NCBI GenBank assembly: GCA_010093745.1
Contig: MU005967.1
Span: 62,001 to 126,000, forward strand
Direction: 5' to 3'
DNA length: 64,000 nt
DNA from: Piedraia hortae CBS 480.64
Lineage: Eukaryota
Each line of letters starts with the position of its first letter. Position 1 is the stretch's first letter. Of the stretch, positions 1 to 11,484 are shown piece by piece. Under the pieces are notes generated by a model. It was given only the letters and a program-made list of their open reading frames with translations, was not told where the DNA came from and did not search any database. A program made the translations under genes and the position numbers.

Positions 1-296
1 CAGGAGCGGAAACGGAAGTCTGGTTCCGGGATTTGGTTTGATAAATATTTACGCCACCGTTGTTTCGTCCATGGGATGTCAAGACGGTGGACTGCTCTTC
101 TAGCTGAGCTACATGAAGTATTAATTACAGCTCTACGGATGCCCTCTCATACTTCAAGCACATGTCAGACAGCAGCTCGACGTTGGCATTTAACACTTCG
201 TCGATAGCCGTATATGGTTATATCCCCCCCACGACGGAACGGTTCCGTTCTGACTTCAGTCGAGTCGCAACCTCACCCGGCAGAACACGGCGCATC

Positions 297-735
297 ATGT
301 CGCAAACGGCGCGAGTTCTGTAGGTTGGATTGCACTGAAGGCTCAGAATTCTGACAGTCTAGCAAACTCTACCGTCGGTCGTTGAAGCTTGCGCTTGACT
401 GGACCATTTACAGACATCTCTGGCGCGGACAAGCGGTCTACATTCGCTCGCTTTTCGATGCAAATAGGCACATTACTGAGCCGAATCAGCGGAGAGTTCG
501 TCGATCATCAGTGTCTGGGAACGACCGAAGCTAATAATTCAGGAACTTCTGGACCAGACGGAAGCGATCTTGGAAAAGTGGAAGCATCCCGATCCCTACA
601 GACCGCCGACGGCCCCCGGCGGGTCAAAATACGAAAGGAACCTACCGTTGCACAACACCAATCGTGAGTTTCTGCTATCTGTACGGAAGGCGAAGGCTGA
701 CTGTTGCAGCACCGCCCGAGGGCTTGCACTTGTAG
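297..735 (+). CDS. NDUFB9: NADH:ubiquinone oxidoreductase B22 subunit (LYR family), 4 exons
   Basis: Manual splice with introns 320-362, 496-542 and 664-709 (GT..AG with branch sites) gives MSQTARVLKLYRRSLKLALDW...EKWKHPDPYRPPTAPGGSKYERNLP...; LYR motif and HPDPY/PGGSKYER signature. Not recovered whole in the ORF track. Confidence 0.9.
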
Positions 736-762
736 ATACTAGCCATGCAGTGATTATTATGT

Positions 763-1962
763 TTACAGCCTTGCTCGAGCAGCTTCCAACCAGTCGCCCA
801 TTGTCTTGACCAAGAATTCAATCTGTTCGACGGTGTTCCCTGCATGCAAGCAGATGCGAACTCTTTCGGTGCCTGGCGGGACGGTAGGAGGTACTATGCC
901 TCTGACGGCAATTCCCTTAGTTTGGCAGTAAGCTGCCAATGCCTTTGGCTCTGAAGATCTGACTGAGAATATCGGTGAGTTGGGACGCTCTTGCGGGACG
1001 TGTATCAGCTGGGTTGCTGCAGGATATCCATCCCGTAGGTCAATCAGCCTGGAATGCAACTCCTTTGTCAACTCCCTCAGTCTCCGCGCAGCATCCACAG
1101 TCCGGCCCTCTTCCAGAAATGCATAACTGGCCTTAATGGCAGCCAGATTCGGGAAGGAGAGAAAGGTAGTGTAGATGAGTGGACGGGCGTAGTTGATGAG
1201 GTACCGTCTTATTGTGCTACTGCACAGCAGTATTGCCCCATTGCACGCAAGTGCCTTTCCAAACGTGTGCAATCGCACCGTTATATCCTTCTCCAGCCCC
1301 AACTCTGAAACGAGGCCCCTTCCATTAGGCCCATATACACCCGTCGAATGCGCCTCATCAACGATGAGATGTACATCTTTCCACTTGCGCAGCGTCCGTA
1401 CCATCTCCCTCAACGGTGCCACATCCCCGTCCATGCTATACAGCGCCTCTACCGCAACGAAAACATTCTTCCCCCTTCCCGCTACCCCCTGTAGTACCTC
1501 CTCTAATGCATCGACATCATTATGTCTGAACGCAACCCTCTCCCCCGCCCTCGACAACCTCATCCCATCATGCACACTTGCATGGATATGCTCATCATAG
1601 ACAATCACATCCCCAACCTGCGGCAAGCAGGAAAACAACCCCACATTCGCATCAAATCCAGAGTTACAAAGCAAGCCCCTTTCCGCACCATGAAAGTGGG
1701 CAATCCTCTTTTCCAATCCCTCCGCGATCGCAGAATTCCCATCTAGTAACCTCGACCCTCCACTCCCCAATCCCGGCGCGTTCTGTACCTCCTCCAGAAA
1801 CTTCTTCCTCAGCGCCTCACTGCTCCCAAGTGACAAGAAGTCATTCGACGAAAAGTCAACCGCATACTTACCCGTCGAAAGCGTCCGTAATGTAGCCTGC
1901 GAAGCGCGCTTCTCCAGCGCTTCCTGTAACTTCCCTTCCAATGTTGCCATAGCCTCACCCAT
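763..1962 (-). CDS. bioF: 8-amino-7-oxononanoate (KAPA) synthase, PLP-dependent, with C-terminal PTS1 (ARL)
   Basis: DFSSNDFLSL, GSGGSRLLDG, HASVHDG, DEAHSTG, TFGKA (PLP lysine) and PPTVP motifs; protein ends in -ARL. Confidence 0.95.
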   Translation of the reverse strand: MGEAMATLEGKLQEALEKRASQATLRTLSTGKYAVDFSSNDFLSLGSSEALRKKFLEEVQNAPGLGSGGSRLLDGNSAIAEGLEKRIAHFHGAERGLLCNSGFDANVGLFSCLPQVGDVIVYDEHIHASVHDGMRLSRAGERVAFRHNDVDALEEVLQGVAGRGKNVFVAVEALYSMDGDVAPLREMVRTLRKWKDVHLIVDEAHSTGVYGPNGRGLVSELGLEKDITVRLHTFGKALACNGAILLCSSTIRRYLINYARPLIYTTFLSFPNLAAIKASYAFLEEGRTVDAARRLRELTKELHSRLIDLRDGYPAATQLIHVPQERPNSPIFSVRSSEPKALAAYCQTKGIAVRGIVPPTVPPGTERVRICLHAGNTVEQIEFLVKTMGDWLEAARARL

Positions 1963-2081
1963 CTAACGCTGCATCCACATAACTAACTTTAAGTTACGGT
2001 CAACGGTTAAGTTCCTAACACACCCACACCCCCCCCCCCCCCCCCCCCCCTACAAGGTAAAAAAAAAACCCCCCAAACGAC

Positions 2082-4274
2082 ATGCCCCTCTACCCCCACC
2101 TCCGCCTCCTCCAAATCTGGGGTTCCAACACGAACGTCGGCAAAACCCTCCTTTCCTCGATCCTCGCGCGCTCCTTCCGCCATCACCTAAAACGTACCCG
2201 CTACCTCAAGCCCATCTCCACCGGTCCGGACTCGGAATCCGATACCATCCACCTCTCCCACTCCTGCGAGACGAAATGTCTCTTCCAGCTCCCGGACGCA
2301 GTTAGCCCGCATCTCGCCCTACAGCGAGTGGGCTCTACATCCCCCGACATCCTCTCCGCACTGAGAAATGAAATCCAGCGATATGCTGCGCAGGGGGAGG
2401 GGGTGGTGATTATAGAAACCGCGGGGGGGGTGCTTTCCCCGTCCGTGGATGGGACGCCGCAGGGGGACTTCTACCGTCCCCTCCGCCTCCCCGCGCTACT
2501 TGTGGGGGATTATAGGCTAGGAGGCATCGGCACGACGATTTCCGCGTACGAGAGTTTGGTTCTCAGGGGGTATGAGGTTCAGGGCGTGGGGATGGTTGAG
2601 GAAGGGGGGTATGCTAATTACGAGTTTCTCAAGCGCTATCTTGCTGACAGAGGGGTGGGATGTTTTGCGATTGAGCCCCCTCCGGAGGGGGATGGGAGGC
2701 GGGATGGGACGGATCTTTTGGGGTATTATGATCGTATGGCGAGGAGGGAGGGGGTTAGGGGTTTCGTTGATGGATTTTTGAGTGCGCATGAAGAGAGGGT
2801 TAAGCAATTGAAGAGCCTGCCAAAAAGGGCGGAGAGGACGATTTGGCATCCGTTTATGCAGCATAGTGAGCGGAGCGAGAACACGATTGTGGCGATTGAT
2901 GCTGCGTATGGGGATTATTTCCAGACGTTTGTGACGGGGGAGGGGGAGGGGGATTTGTTGAGGCTCAAGTTTGATGGGTCGGCGTCGTGGTGGACGCAGG
3001 GGCTGGGTCATGGGAATGTGAAGCTTGCGCTTACGGCTGCACATGCGGCGGGACGGTATGGTCATGTTATGTTCGCGGGTGCGGCGCATGAGGCTGCTGT
3101 TTCGCTTGCGGAAAGGTTGCTCGCACGAATGGGGAATAAGAGGTTGAAGAAGGTGTTTTTTACGGATAATGGGAGTACGGGGATGGAGGTGGCGGTCAAG
3201 ATGGCGTTGAGGTATTCGACGGTTCATAAGGGGATGGATAAGAGTGTGGCGATTCTCGGGCTGAAGAATAGCTACCATGGAGACACCTTGGGGACGATGG
3301 CTTGCTCGGAACCAAGTATTTACAATGAGAAGGTGGAGTGGTACACCCCTCGCGGCGTGTGGGTTGATTTTCCGAAAGTGAAGCTCGTGAGGGGGGTGTG
3401 GATGGTGGAGGACCCCGAGGGGGAGAAGGAGACGTTCAACTCACTGCAAGAAATTTTTGATTTCGACGCTCGACCTAAAGCTCGCGAGGCGTACGAGTCT
3501 TGCTGCACATCCCTCTTTCTATCTCTGGAGACGCAGAATGTGGGAGCTTTGATCCTCGAACCGATCATCCTAGGAGCGGGAGGGATGCACTTTGCTGATC
3601 CCCTCTTCCAGCACGTTTTAGCCTCCTTCGCGCGGAGTGCTGATGTTCCTATCATTTACGACGAAGTCTTCACAGGTCTCTACCGTTTAGGCCGGTTCAG
3701 CTCAGGCTCGTGGCTCGGCGTCGACGCAGACGTCGTTGTCAACGCGAAACTCCTAACAGGCGGACTCCTACCGCTCTGTACAACATCCGCGAGCGATGCC
3801 ATCTTCGAGGCGTTTCTCTCGAGCGAGAAGAGCGATGCATTGTTACACGGACACAGTTATACCGCGCATCCGGTGGGATGCGAAGTTGCGATAAAATCGC
3901 TCGATGAACTGCAGAGAGTAAGCTCCTCCACCCAGGGAAGGACGAATGAGACCTCAACAGGTAATCTCCCCCCAACCTCAGATGAAGTGGTAAGCAGCAT
4001 GTGGAGCACTCAATTCATCACAACCCTCTCAATGGCCGACCGGGTAGAATATACCTTCTCCCTCGGCAGCGTCTGCGTAATCTGTCTACACGGAAGTGGG
4101 GGGTACGCATCAACGGCGGCAGCCGGTCTACGAGACTACCTCTTCACCCAGGGGATTCACTCCCGGGTTCTAGGCAACGTGCTCTACCTAATGGCCGCAC
4201 CAACCACCACACCCACCGTCATCAATCAAATCGAAGACACCGTCGCAAAAGCGTTCGCAACCGGCTGGAATTAA
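2082..4274 (+). CDS. bioDA: Bifunctional dethiobiotin synthetase / DAPA aminotransferase
   Basis: N-terminal BioD motifs (GSNTNVGKT, ETAGGV, LGGI) fused to BioA motifs (IWHPF, SWWTQG, DNGS, YHGDT, DEVFTG, AKLLTGG, HGHSY). Confidence 0.95.
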   Translation: MPLYPHLRLLQIWGSNTNVGKTLLSSILARSFRHHLKRTRYLKPISTGPDSESDTIHLSHSCETKCLFQLPDAVSPHLALQRVGSTSPDILSALRNEIQRYAAQGEGVVIIETAGGVLSPSVDGTPQGDFYRPLRLPALLVGDYRLGGIGTTISAYESLVLRGYEVQGVGMVEEGGYANYEFLKRYLADRGVGCFAIEPPPEGDGRRDGTDLLGYYDRMARREGVRGFVDGFLSAHEERVKQLKSLPKRAERTIWHPFMQHSERSENTIVAIDAAYGDYFQTFVTGEGEGDLLRLKFDGSASWWTQGLGHGNVKLALTAAHAAGRYGHVMFAGAAHEAAVSLAERLLARMGNKRLKKVFFTDNGSTGMEVAVKMALRYSTVHKGMDKSVAILGLKNSYHGDTLGTMACSEPSIYNEKVEWYTPRGVWVDFPKVKLVRGVWMVEDPEGEKETFNSLQEIFDFDARPKAREAYESCCTSLFLSLETQNVGALILEPIILGAGGMHFADPLFQHVLASFARSADVPIIYDEVFTGLYRLGRFSSGSWLGVDADVVVNAKLLTGGLLPLCTTSASDAIFEAFLSSEKSDALLHGHSYTAHPVGCEVAIKSLDELQRVSSSTQGRTNETSTGNLPPTSDEVVSSMWSTQFITTLSMADRVEYTFSLGSVCVICLHGSGGYASTAAAGLRDYLFTQGIHSRVLGNVLYLMAAPTTTPTVINQIEDTVAKAFATGWN

Positions 4275-4311
4275 CTCTCAAGGAATTAAAAGATCTATCC
4301 CGCCTTCCAAT

Positions 4312-6144
4312 CTACCTCATAGGCGACCCAACACCGTTACTCCTCCCCCTCACAGGCGAAGGCTGTACGGCCCTCGTCGCCGCAGCGAACCTCTGCTGCC
4401 CTCCGTTCACGGGGTTGACCTGTCTGGTATACTGCATGGTAGAATAACTCCCCTGCACCCCGGGGGTTCCATACCCCGTATGTCTCGACGGCGTCTGGTG
4501 GAACCCTGCGCCATTACTCGCGTACCTTGTATTCGCAGCCGAGCCGATCGCAGGCGTCCTCTGCGCGGTTGAGTTGTAATGCTGATTGCTGTTTCTGAGG
4601 CTGGCAATCCCAGCAGCGGCCTGTGCGGCGTTGAATTTCGCAGTTCGGGCTGCTTGGTCCTCGTCCATTGTTCCTTTGAGATTTTCGGCTTCGAGGCGTA
4701 AAATGCGGCTGACCCCGAGGTCGTTGAGTTGTTGCCCGTTAAGTTTAGCGACTGCGTAGGGTGGGAGGCGGAGGATGAGATGGGTTAGTTCGCGGCGGAG
4801 GGATTCGTAGGTTGAGACTTCCTCTGAGCCGGGGGTATCGGTGGGTGTTTGGGGTGTCAGAGGACTGGCTGGTGTGCGGCCCGTGGAGACACGCGAGACG
4901 GACCGGATACGTTGGTATGAGGCTAGGGTTTTGAGGAGGTCGGTCACGCGGTCGAGGATGCGAGGGACGGTGAATTCGGGTTCCGGGGACTCCGAGGACT
5001 CCGAGGACTCCCAGGATGTTGCTAGTGCACCTTCGATGGCTTCTTTGAGCTCAGCGTCGGTGGTTTCCCGCTCGGGAGGCAGGGTGGGTTGTTTTGTCAT
5101 GCCAAAGACCTGTGGGGTTTGTTAGTGGAAGGTGTATAAGGATGGATAGACTGACTTCGTCGAATCGTCGCTCGCCAACGCGCTGCCACCATATATTGGC
5201 TTTTGTCTGTGCCGGGATGACAGCCCTCGCGTCGTCATAAGACGGCGCAAAGGAGGAATAGGCGCGTCTGAACAGCGCCTCCTCTTGCTTGACAAGGTCG
5301 AGGGATTTGTCTTCCTTGGAGTCGCCGCCGCTCAGCGCCCGATCCCGCTGCCTACGTCGGTCTTTTGCCGTCGGCTTCGCCCCGCCATAGCCCAGCCAGT
5401 CGCCTTTTGTCAAAGACTGTGTCGTGTAGCAGAGGCTGTTGGGGCTGTACGTGTTCTTAAACTCCCATGTTATGTCTGTAGAGCGAGCGGAGCGTCGCTG
5501 CGGCTTGGGCGGCTGCAGGCTGGGAGCGGCGTAGGGAGCGGGAAAGGCCTGCTCAAACGTCGGCGCAGCGCTGCGATCCGCGCCCGCCGTGACTTGGATC
5601 GTCGTCGTCACAACGCCCGGCGGCAGCGTGCCGTTGACGCCCGTCCCGTTGCGTTGGACCGACGAGTAGAGCTGCTTCGCGCCCGTCGCGTTGCCATACA
5701 GCGTAAGCACCTTGCAGGTGCGGTTCCCGCCCGTCAGCTCTTTGATTGCCTGTTGAAAGCCCTTGAAGTTGTCCGCTGGCTGCCCGTCGGCCACACGCGC
5801 GACGTCCTGCTGCAGCGCGTCTACGCTGCCATATGCGCCCTGCTCCAATCGTTCGGCAATGCTCGTCTTCTGCCCTTTGTTCAGCTTGACCTTTTTTGCC
5901 GTGGGCTCGGCGGCGCTGCTTTCGTCGAATTCATGGTTCAGGTGGCGCTCGAACGCGGCGTTCAGCTTCAGCGCCAGCAGCAGATCATTCTGTTGGCGTG
6001 CGGAGAATGTGCTCGTGTTGGCCGTGTTGGCTTCGCTGCGCGCAGGCTGTTCGCGTTTGCGCTTGCCGCCAGACGTTTTGGCGGAGCTGTGACGTTTTAT
6101 TAGCGCGACGTCGACGCGTTGGCGGCGTGTGCCTACCTTGACAT
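4312..6144 (-). CDS. Conserved fungal nuclear protein, possibly Rsc58-like chromatin-remodelling subunit; 3 exons
   Basis: ATG at 6144; introns 6136-6087 and 5155-5110 join the two track ORFs in frame; basic NLS-like KRKR; VLTLYGN, YSSFAPSYDD and LPPYAVAKL blocks. Family assignment is tentative. Confidence 0.65.
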
Positions 6145-6303
6145 TTGGTGGTCGACGTTGTGGGTCGGTCGTGCAGACACCAAATTTCACTTCCCAACGT
6201 TGACAACAGTCCACAGGCGCGTCACAACGACAACGGCTTTGTTGTCAAAGTGCCCCGTTTCGGCTCTACTTCGGCTATTCAGTGCAATCACACTCGCGAA
6301 TGC

Positions 6304-8568
6304 ATGCAGTCGGTGGGCGCGGCGCGATGGGCCGGTGGATACCGCTTACGAAAGCCTCTCCTTCCTCTTTTAGATGCCAAGACGCACAGTGAAAAATCTG
6401 TCCGGAAACTATCTGCCCCACGTAGACCCCCCGCAGATCCCTCCATTGCTATACTCAAAAGTCGACATGTACCCATCAGATATGTCCTCGAAGTCCTGCA
6501 GCAGCCATATCTCAGTGCTGCCGCTCTAAGGACTCTTCTACAGGCCGCTTCTGCAAACCTAAAAGATGGCCGCACGGTACCAGAAAACCTGCTCGTTATC
6601 CTGTTAGTCCGACTTCTGCGTCATGCTCGAGAAGTCTGGCCAGCGGGGATGAAACCGACAGTAGACCTGTTCCTCCAACTGCTGCCGAATATCCACTCCC
6701 GAGAACTCAGTCGACTCTCCCACCTAACCAACAGAGTCATGCATCTCGTCTCTCTGGGCACAGCAACCCAACCATTCAAGGCCCTCCCGGACCAAGAAGC
6801 AACCCTGATCAGCATCCTACGCTTCATGGCCGAGCACGACCCGCCTCTGCACATCAACCGCGAAGGCTACCGCGCCGTGATCCGAGTCCAACTAGGACAA
6901 GAAAAAACCAACAAAGAACAACAATGGGCACAACTGAAACTCCTCAGCTGGCCACCCTGGAAGTCGGAACGCACTGCCATGGACGCCGACATCACCCATT
7001 ACGACCACGGCATCAGCCGAGCGGCACGCACTCTCCGCCGGATGTACGAGGCCGGCTACAGCCCCACGAACTGGGAGAAAACCGCCCAGCTCTACGCCGG
7101 CTGGGACGTCGACGGCACGCCCACAATCCAATCACGAGTCATCCTCGGCACCCACTTCGGCTCCGAATCAGCCCTCTGGACAGCACGAATCTCAACCACG
7201 CGCACCGCGCAGGAGGCCTGGGCAGCCTTCCTCGCCTACCAAGATACCAAACTCGGCTACGACTCGGAAGTCTACCTTGCCATCTTAAAGCGTCTTCACG
7301 GCGAGGAAAAACGACACCACCAGAAAATCAACACGAGCCTCCTCCCCGGAGACTCACCAGACGTTCAACCCCTCCCCCCTTCAACCCATCTATACACATA
7401 CACCCGCACCCCCGTCCCATCCCTCGAAAATTTCATCGATCAGAGTATCAACAAAGGCATCAAATTCAACTCTCGTTGCCTATCCTTCATCATCACCACC
7501 GCCACATCCCTCAAGCAAGGAATCAAATACCTCTCCATCTCCAAAAACTCAGAGGTGAAAAACCTCCTCACCGGGAGGGGAAGTATATCGCACATCCCCA
7601 CCCCCATCCTGATATCATTCATCTCCCTCCTCTGTCGACACAGCGCTACATCCCTATCAAAAGCCCTGCGGAGCGTAAACCTCAACCCCCACCATGGAAG
7701 TTATATGATATTTAACGAGAGGATCAACGCGGACCATCCCCTTGCGCTTGTTATGTGGATATTGATTAGACGCTGCGAGGAGGAGATTTTAATTCGGGGG
7801 AGGAATGCACTGCTGCTTGCGCTGAGTAAAGATGCGACGGTGAGGGGTTTGGTGGGTTTGTTTCTCCAGGGGGGGGTAGAGATGGAGGGGGTGGCGTATC
7901 GCTTCGCGTGGGCGGTCATGGAAACTATCAACCTACCAATGGATGATGTTGCGTTCCGCGCAGTTTGTCTCGTTGTGGAGAAACTTGCCGGGGCGGTGGG
8001 GAGGGGGAGGGTGGGTAGCCCGAGAGTCGATGCCCCGAGGGTGGATACTCCAGGGAGGGCGGGTAACTCGAGGAGGGTAGCTGACCCGCGTATGGAACCC
8101 CCGCGTGTGGACTCCCTGAGTATGAATCCTCCAGGGAGGATGAATAGCATCCGGCCGCAAAACCTCCCTCCCAAACCCTCTCCAACTCAGAAGCTGGAAA
8201 CGCTCTTCAATTCCCTCGTCGAAGATACACCTACCTCCACCATCCTCATCTCCAACCAACCCGCGAACCCCACACAAGATTACCCCCCCCTCCCCATTCC
8301 CCACCCCGTATCCCTACACGCCTACATCCGCGCCCTAGGCGTCTGGGGTGATGACTCCGCCCTCCTCCGTGCGCTGGAGTATATCTGCGCACACAAAGAT
8401 CAGTTGGAAGCGCTTCGCGATCGGAATGCGGAACGGTTGGTGAGGAGGTGTCTTGTTGCGTGTAGGCTTTTCTTGCGGGATAAAGAGAGAGGGAGGGAGG
8501 TTGTGGAGGGGGTTGGGTGGGTTTGGCCTGAGGAGGGGGAGGTGGGTGAGTATTTGCGCGGGGGGTGA
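6304..8568 (+). CDS. Conserved hypothetical helical-repeat protein, probably mitochondrial
   Basis: Long intronless ORF; first ATG at 6304 followed by an Arg-rich N-terminus; WPPWK, GWDVDGTPTIQ and LHAYIRALG blocks. Function not recognised. Confidence 0.65.
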   Translation: MQSVGAARWAGGYRLRKPLLPLLDAKTHSEKSVRKLSAPRRPPADPSIAILKSRHVPIRYVLEVLQQPYLSAAALRTLLQAASANLKDGRTVPENLLVILLVRLLRHAREVWPAGMKPTVDLFLQLLPNIHSRELSRLSHLTNRVMHLVSLGTATQPFKALPDQEATLISILRFMAEHDPPLHINREGYRAVIRVQLGQEKTNKEQQWAQLKLLSWPPWKSERTAMDADITHYDHGISRAARTLRRMYEAGYSPTNWEKTAQLYAGWDVDGTPTIQSRVILGTHFGSESALWTARISTTRTAQEAWAAFLAYQDTKLGYDSEVYLAILKRLHGEEKRHHQKINTSLLPGDSPDVQPLPPSTHLYTYTRTPVPSLENFIDQSINKGIKFNSRCLSFIITTATSLKQGIKYLSISKNSEVKNLLTGRGSISHIPTPILISFISLLCRHSATSLSKALRSVNLNPHHGSYMIFNERINADHPLALVMWILIRRCEEEILIRGRNALLLALSKDATVRGLVGLFLQGGVEMEGVAYRFAWAVMETINLPMDDVAFRAVCLVVEKLAGAVGRGRVGSPRVDAPRVDTPGRAGNSRRVADPRMEPPRVDSLSMNPPGRMNSIRPQNLPPKPSPTQKLETLFNSLVEDTPTSTILISNQPANPTQDYPPLPIPHPVSLHAYIRALGVWGDDSALLRALEYICAHKDQLEALRDRNAERLVRRCLVACRLFLRDKERGREVVEGVGWVWPEEGEVGEYLRGG

Positions 8569-9645
8569 ACGGAATTTTTTTTTCTGGGGGGGGGGGGGGG
8601 GTTGTTTTGAGGGGTGATAGATGGATGTTTTTAGGCAAGTTTTTGTAGCGTTTGTTGGTGAGAGGATATATGCACAGTATGCATTTGGTGTAGTGATAAC
8701 TGGAGATAAGTATAACTGGAGTTCGTGTAATAAGGGCGAATGTTGGAGTTTTGGTGCGCTCCGGACTTGCGATCGTCATCGATGAGCAGGTTCTGTGTGT
8801 TACTGAGGATTTAGCCTTGCGTTGGGGTAGGGTTTTTCATTTGGTTGGGTGTGTATGTGTATGTGGAGTTTTCTTCGTGACTGCTGGATGGAAGCCGTTT
8901 TCGACGCTTTTCTGCAATAACTACACTCCAAAAGCTTTCTTCCTCGTTTTTCTCTTTTGATCCTTGGAGGTCGAAGTACGTAGAACTGAAATTTGTGGTT
9001 TTTCAGCAGTGGATCTCGCAGCAGTCGATAATATTCCAGTGGAATTTGCTTAAGGTGGATGTGTATGCTGCAGCTCATACGGTATGTTCCCGTGGAGAAA
9101 CGTCTTGCTGAATGTGCTAGCTGCAAAAATAAGGCACTTTCAGCCTAAATGCTATGATTCTACGAATGTATTTGTTGGGGAAATGTTTTGCTCTAATTTG
9201 GATTTAATGCAGTGGAGAAATTTCCTCTTGCAGAAACCCTGCCTGGATAGATAGTTCAATAACTTGCTTTCCATGTTCTGCTGTACTAACTACTGTTCAA
9301 GTTTATAGGTCGATTCATTAAAATCTGCGAATTATCGTCTGCAGTGTAGAGCTACTATTTTGATTTGGTGCTCTTCCCTGACTGCATACGACCATGACAA
9401 TGGAACTAGTAGTCTGATGCTCAAAAGACTCTCTTCAAATTCGATGCAAGAATCACGTTAATTTATTCTCGAAGGACGGTTTGATGCAGGGTGTGAGCTG
9501 GGAAACATTCTCTAACTGTGATGAGGATATGGACTATGTTTCGGAACAAGCTGTCAACTCTCAGAACTGCTCATGTTGATGAGAGGCCAACTACTGCGAG
9601 AATCTTCCTACAATGCACTCGATAAACACAACTGGTATACCTCTA

Positions 9646-11353
9646 TCAACACTTCAAATCCAACCCCCTTCTGTACTCACTCTCCCTTACTTCAAACATA
9701 ATCTGCGCGCCAATAAACAGACACGCACACGCCAACGGCAGGAACAGTCTCCCCTGCGTCGTCTCCGTAAGAGCAGTAACCAGCCCCGCCAGGCCATCCA
9801 CCCCAATCGCGAAACCCACCAAATTCGCCGTCATCATCATGAGAATATTCCCCACGGCACCAAGACCAGCCAGAACACGATACACCTCCTCTCTACCCTT
9901 AAACTTCCCCGGTGCGAAAACTGTCCTTAGAATAATCTCCGGCGCGATGAAGACAACAACAAGCCACCCCCAAATAAGCAGTTTCAAGTTAATATCATGC
10001 CACAGCGCAACGAACGTAAACACTGCGAGGTAGTTCCTCACGCTGCGTATACGCGACGAACTGGTTCCCCCAAGCGGGACGTAGATATAGCGCACGACCC
10101 AGCGGTTAAAGGACCTGTGCCACGCACGCCAGAATGCGAGGGCGGAGTAGTTATCGCTCATGCAGCGTGCCATGTTCTCTGGGGGGTCGATCCCGTCTAG
10201 CAAGCTCCACAGTCGGAAAAAACGCCATGGAAGGAGGAGTTTAAGCCAGATGACGTGCAGGTGGAAGTAGCCTAGCATGCTGAGTTGGAAGGGGGTATAC
10301 ATGTTCCAGTTTGGTTTCGCTGCGCAGAGGGCTACGACGTAGAAGTAGTGCAGCAGTATTTCCATCGTTAGGAGGCAGAAGCCGAGACGTAACGCATAGG
10401 CAGTGATGCGTTCGCGGTTGATGGATGGGAGTCGCTGTCGCGTTTGGGAGATGTAATCGTTAAAGTTGATGATTGGACCCGCGAGGTAAAGTGGGGAGTA
10501 CAAGGTGTAGGAGAGGTAGTTGGCAAATGTGAAGTCTGACGGCAACGCACCAGAGGAGACTCGCTCACGCTCGTTGGTCGTTTCTGCGTTTCGCTTTTTC
10601 TACACATCACTCATTTTTAGCACTTTCGTGATACGGTGGCCTTACCTCCAGCGGTGACCCTGACCGACGATCGAGCATCCAGATGTAGTCGAAGTTGTAT
10701 GCGATGAGGCGTAAGACGGTGATGTTGAATAGGATCTCCCATCGCGGGATAAGTCCTTCGAATGGGAACCAGCCCTTGGGTAGTGGGTAGCCGTGGCAGA
10801 GTTCGTTTGCGAAGAGGATGGCGACGTTAAAGACCCAGGTAGCGATAGGGACAATATCCCGGGGTAGCTGGGTAGCAAGCGCATAATTTGCTGTTAAGAT
10901 GATTAAGATCTTCAAGGCAGAAAGGCCGTGTAGAGCAAAGAGGAATACAAGAGCAAAGCAAAGGTCGAATCTGGCTCTTCTTTCGAACCCATCTCGTGCA
11001 GAGATTGTCACTCTCAAGAGCGGATGCAGCACTAGCAAGAGGGCTAAATAAGGCACATTTTCCCGGAAACTGCTGTACTGAGCATCTGAATTGTCAAATT
11101 TTCTGCCAGGGATCCACCCCGGAGAAAGTCTCGATTCAAAGTGCTTGTAGCCTGGGTGACTGGGTTGTGAAACATCATAAACGCTCTTGAACATGAAAAA
11201 CGGCACAACCATGAAGCCAAAGTAGTAACAATAGAATTCGGTACTCTTCCATCTTGACGGTCGACTGTAAGGCAACGGCTCGCCGTTGTTTTTGGCCGCG
11301 AACCGAAAGTCCAAAGCCTCTGGCGTAAACAGATCCCTGACGTAAGCAGCCAT
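9646..11353 (-). CDS. GUP1: MBOAT-family O-acyltransferase Gup1; 2 exons
   Basis: Intron 10645-10600 joins two ORFs in frame; PRWEILFNITVLRL, YSPLYLAGPI, DGIDPPENM, FWRAWHRSFNRW and FVALWHD motifs. Confidence 0.93.
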
Positions 11354-11411
11354 TTGCCCTCTCACCTCTCCGACTTTCGATATAGCTAACAGGATAGGGT
11401 GACGTTGAGAA

Positions 11412-11442
11412 ATCACGTGATACACAGGACTGCATGAGTCAT
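11412..11442. promoter_or_regulatory. Palindromic E-box (ATCACGTGAT) and Gcn4/CpcA-type site (ATGAGTCAT) in the GUP1/ARP4 bidirectional promoter
   Basis: Exact motifs at 11412-11421 and 11434-11442 in a 131-bp divergent intergenic gap. Confidence 0.5.
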
Positions 11443-11484
11443 GTGTCCGTCCCGGGAAAAGCTGAGCTGCGGGCTTCATCCACA

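Noticed and set aside
1..72. Possible first exon of a - strand gene (ATG at 72, MDETTVA then GT)
   Set aside because: Too short and cut by the window edge to support.
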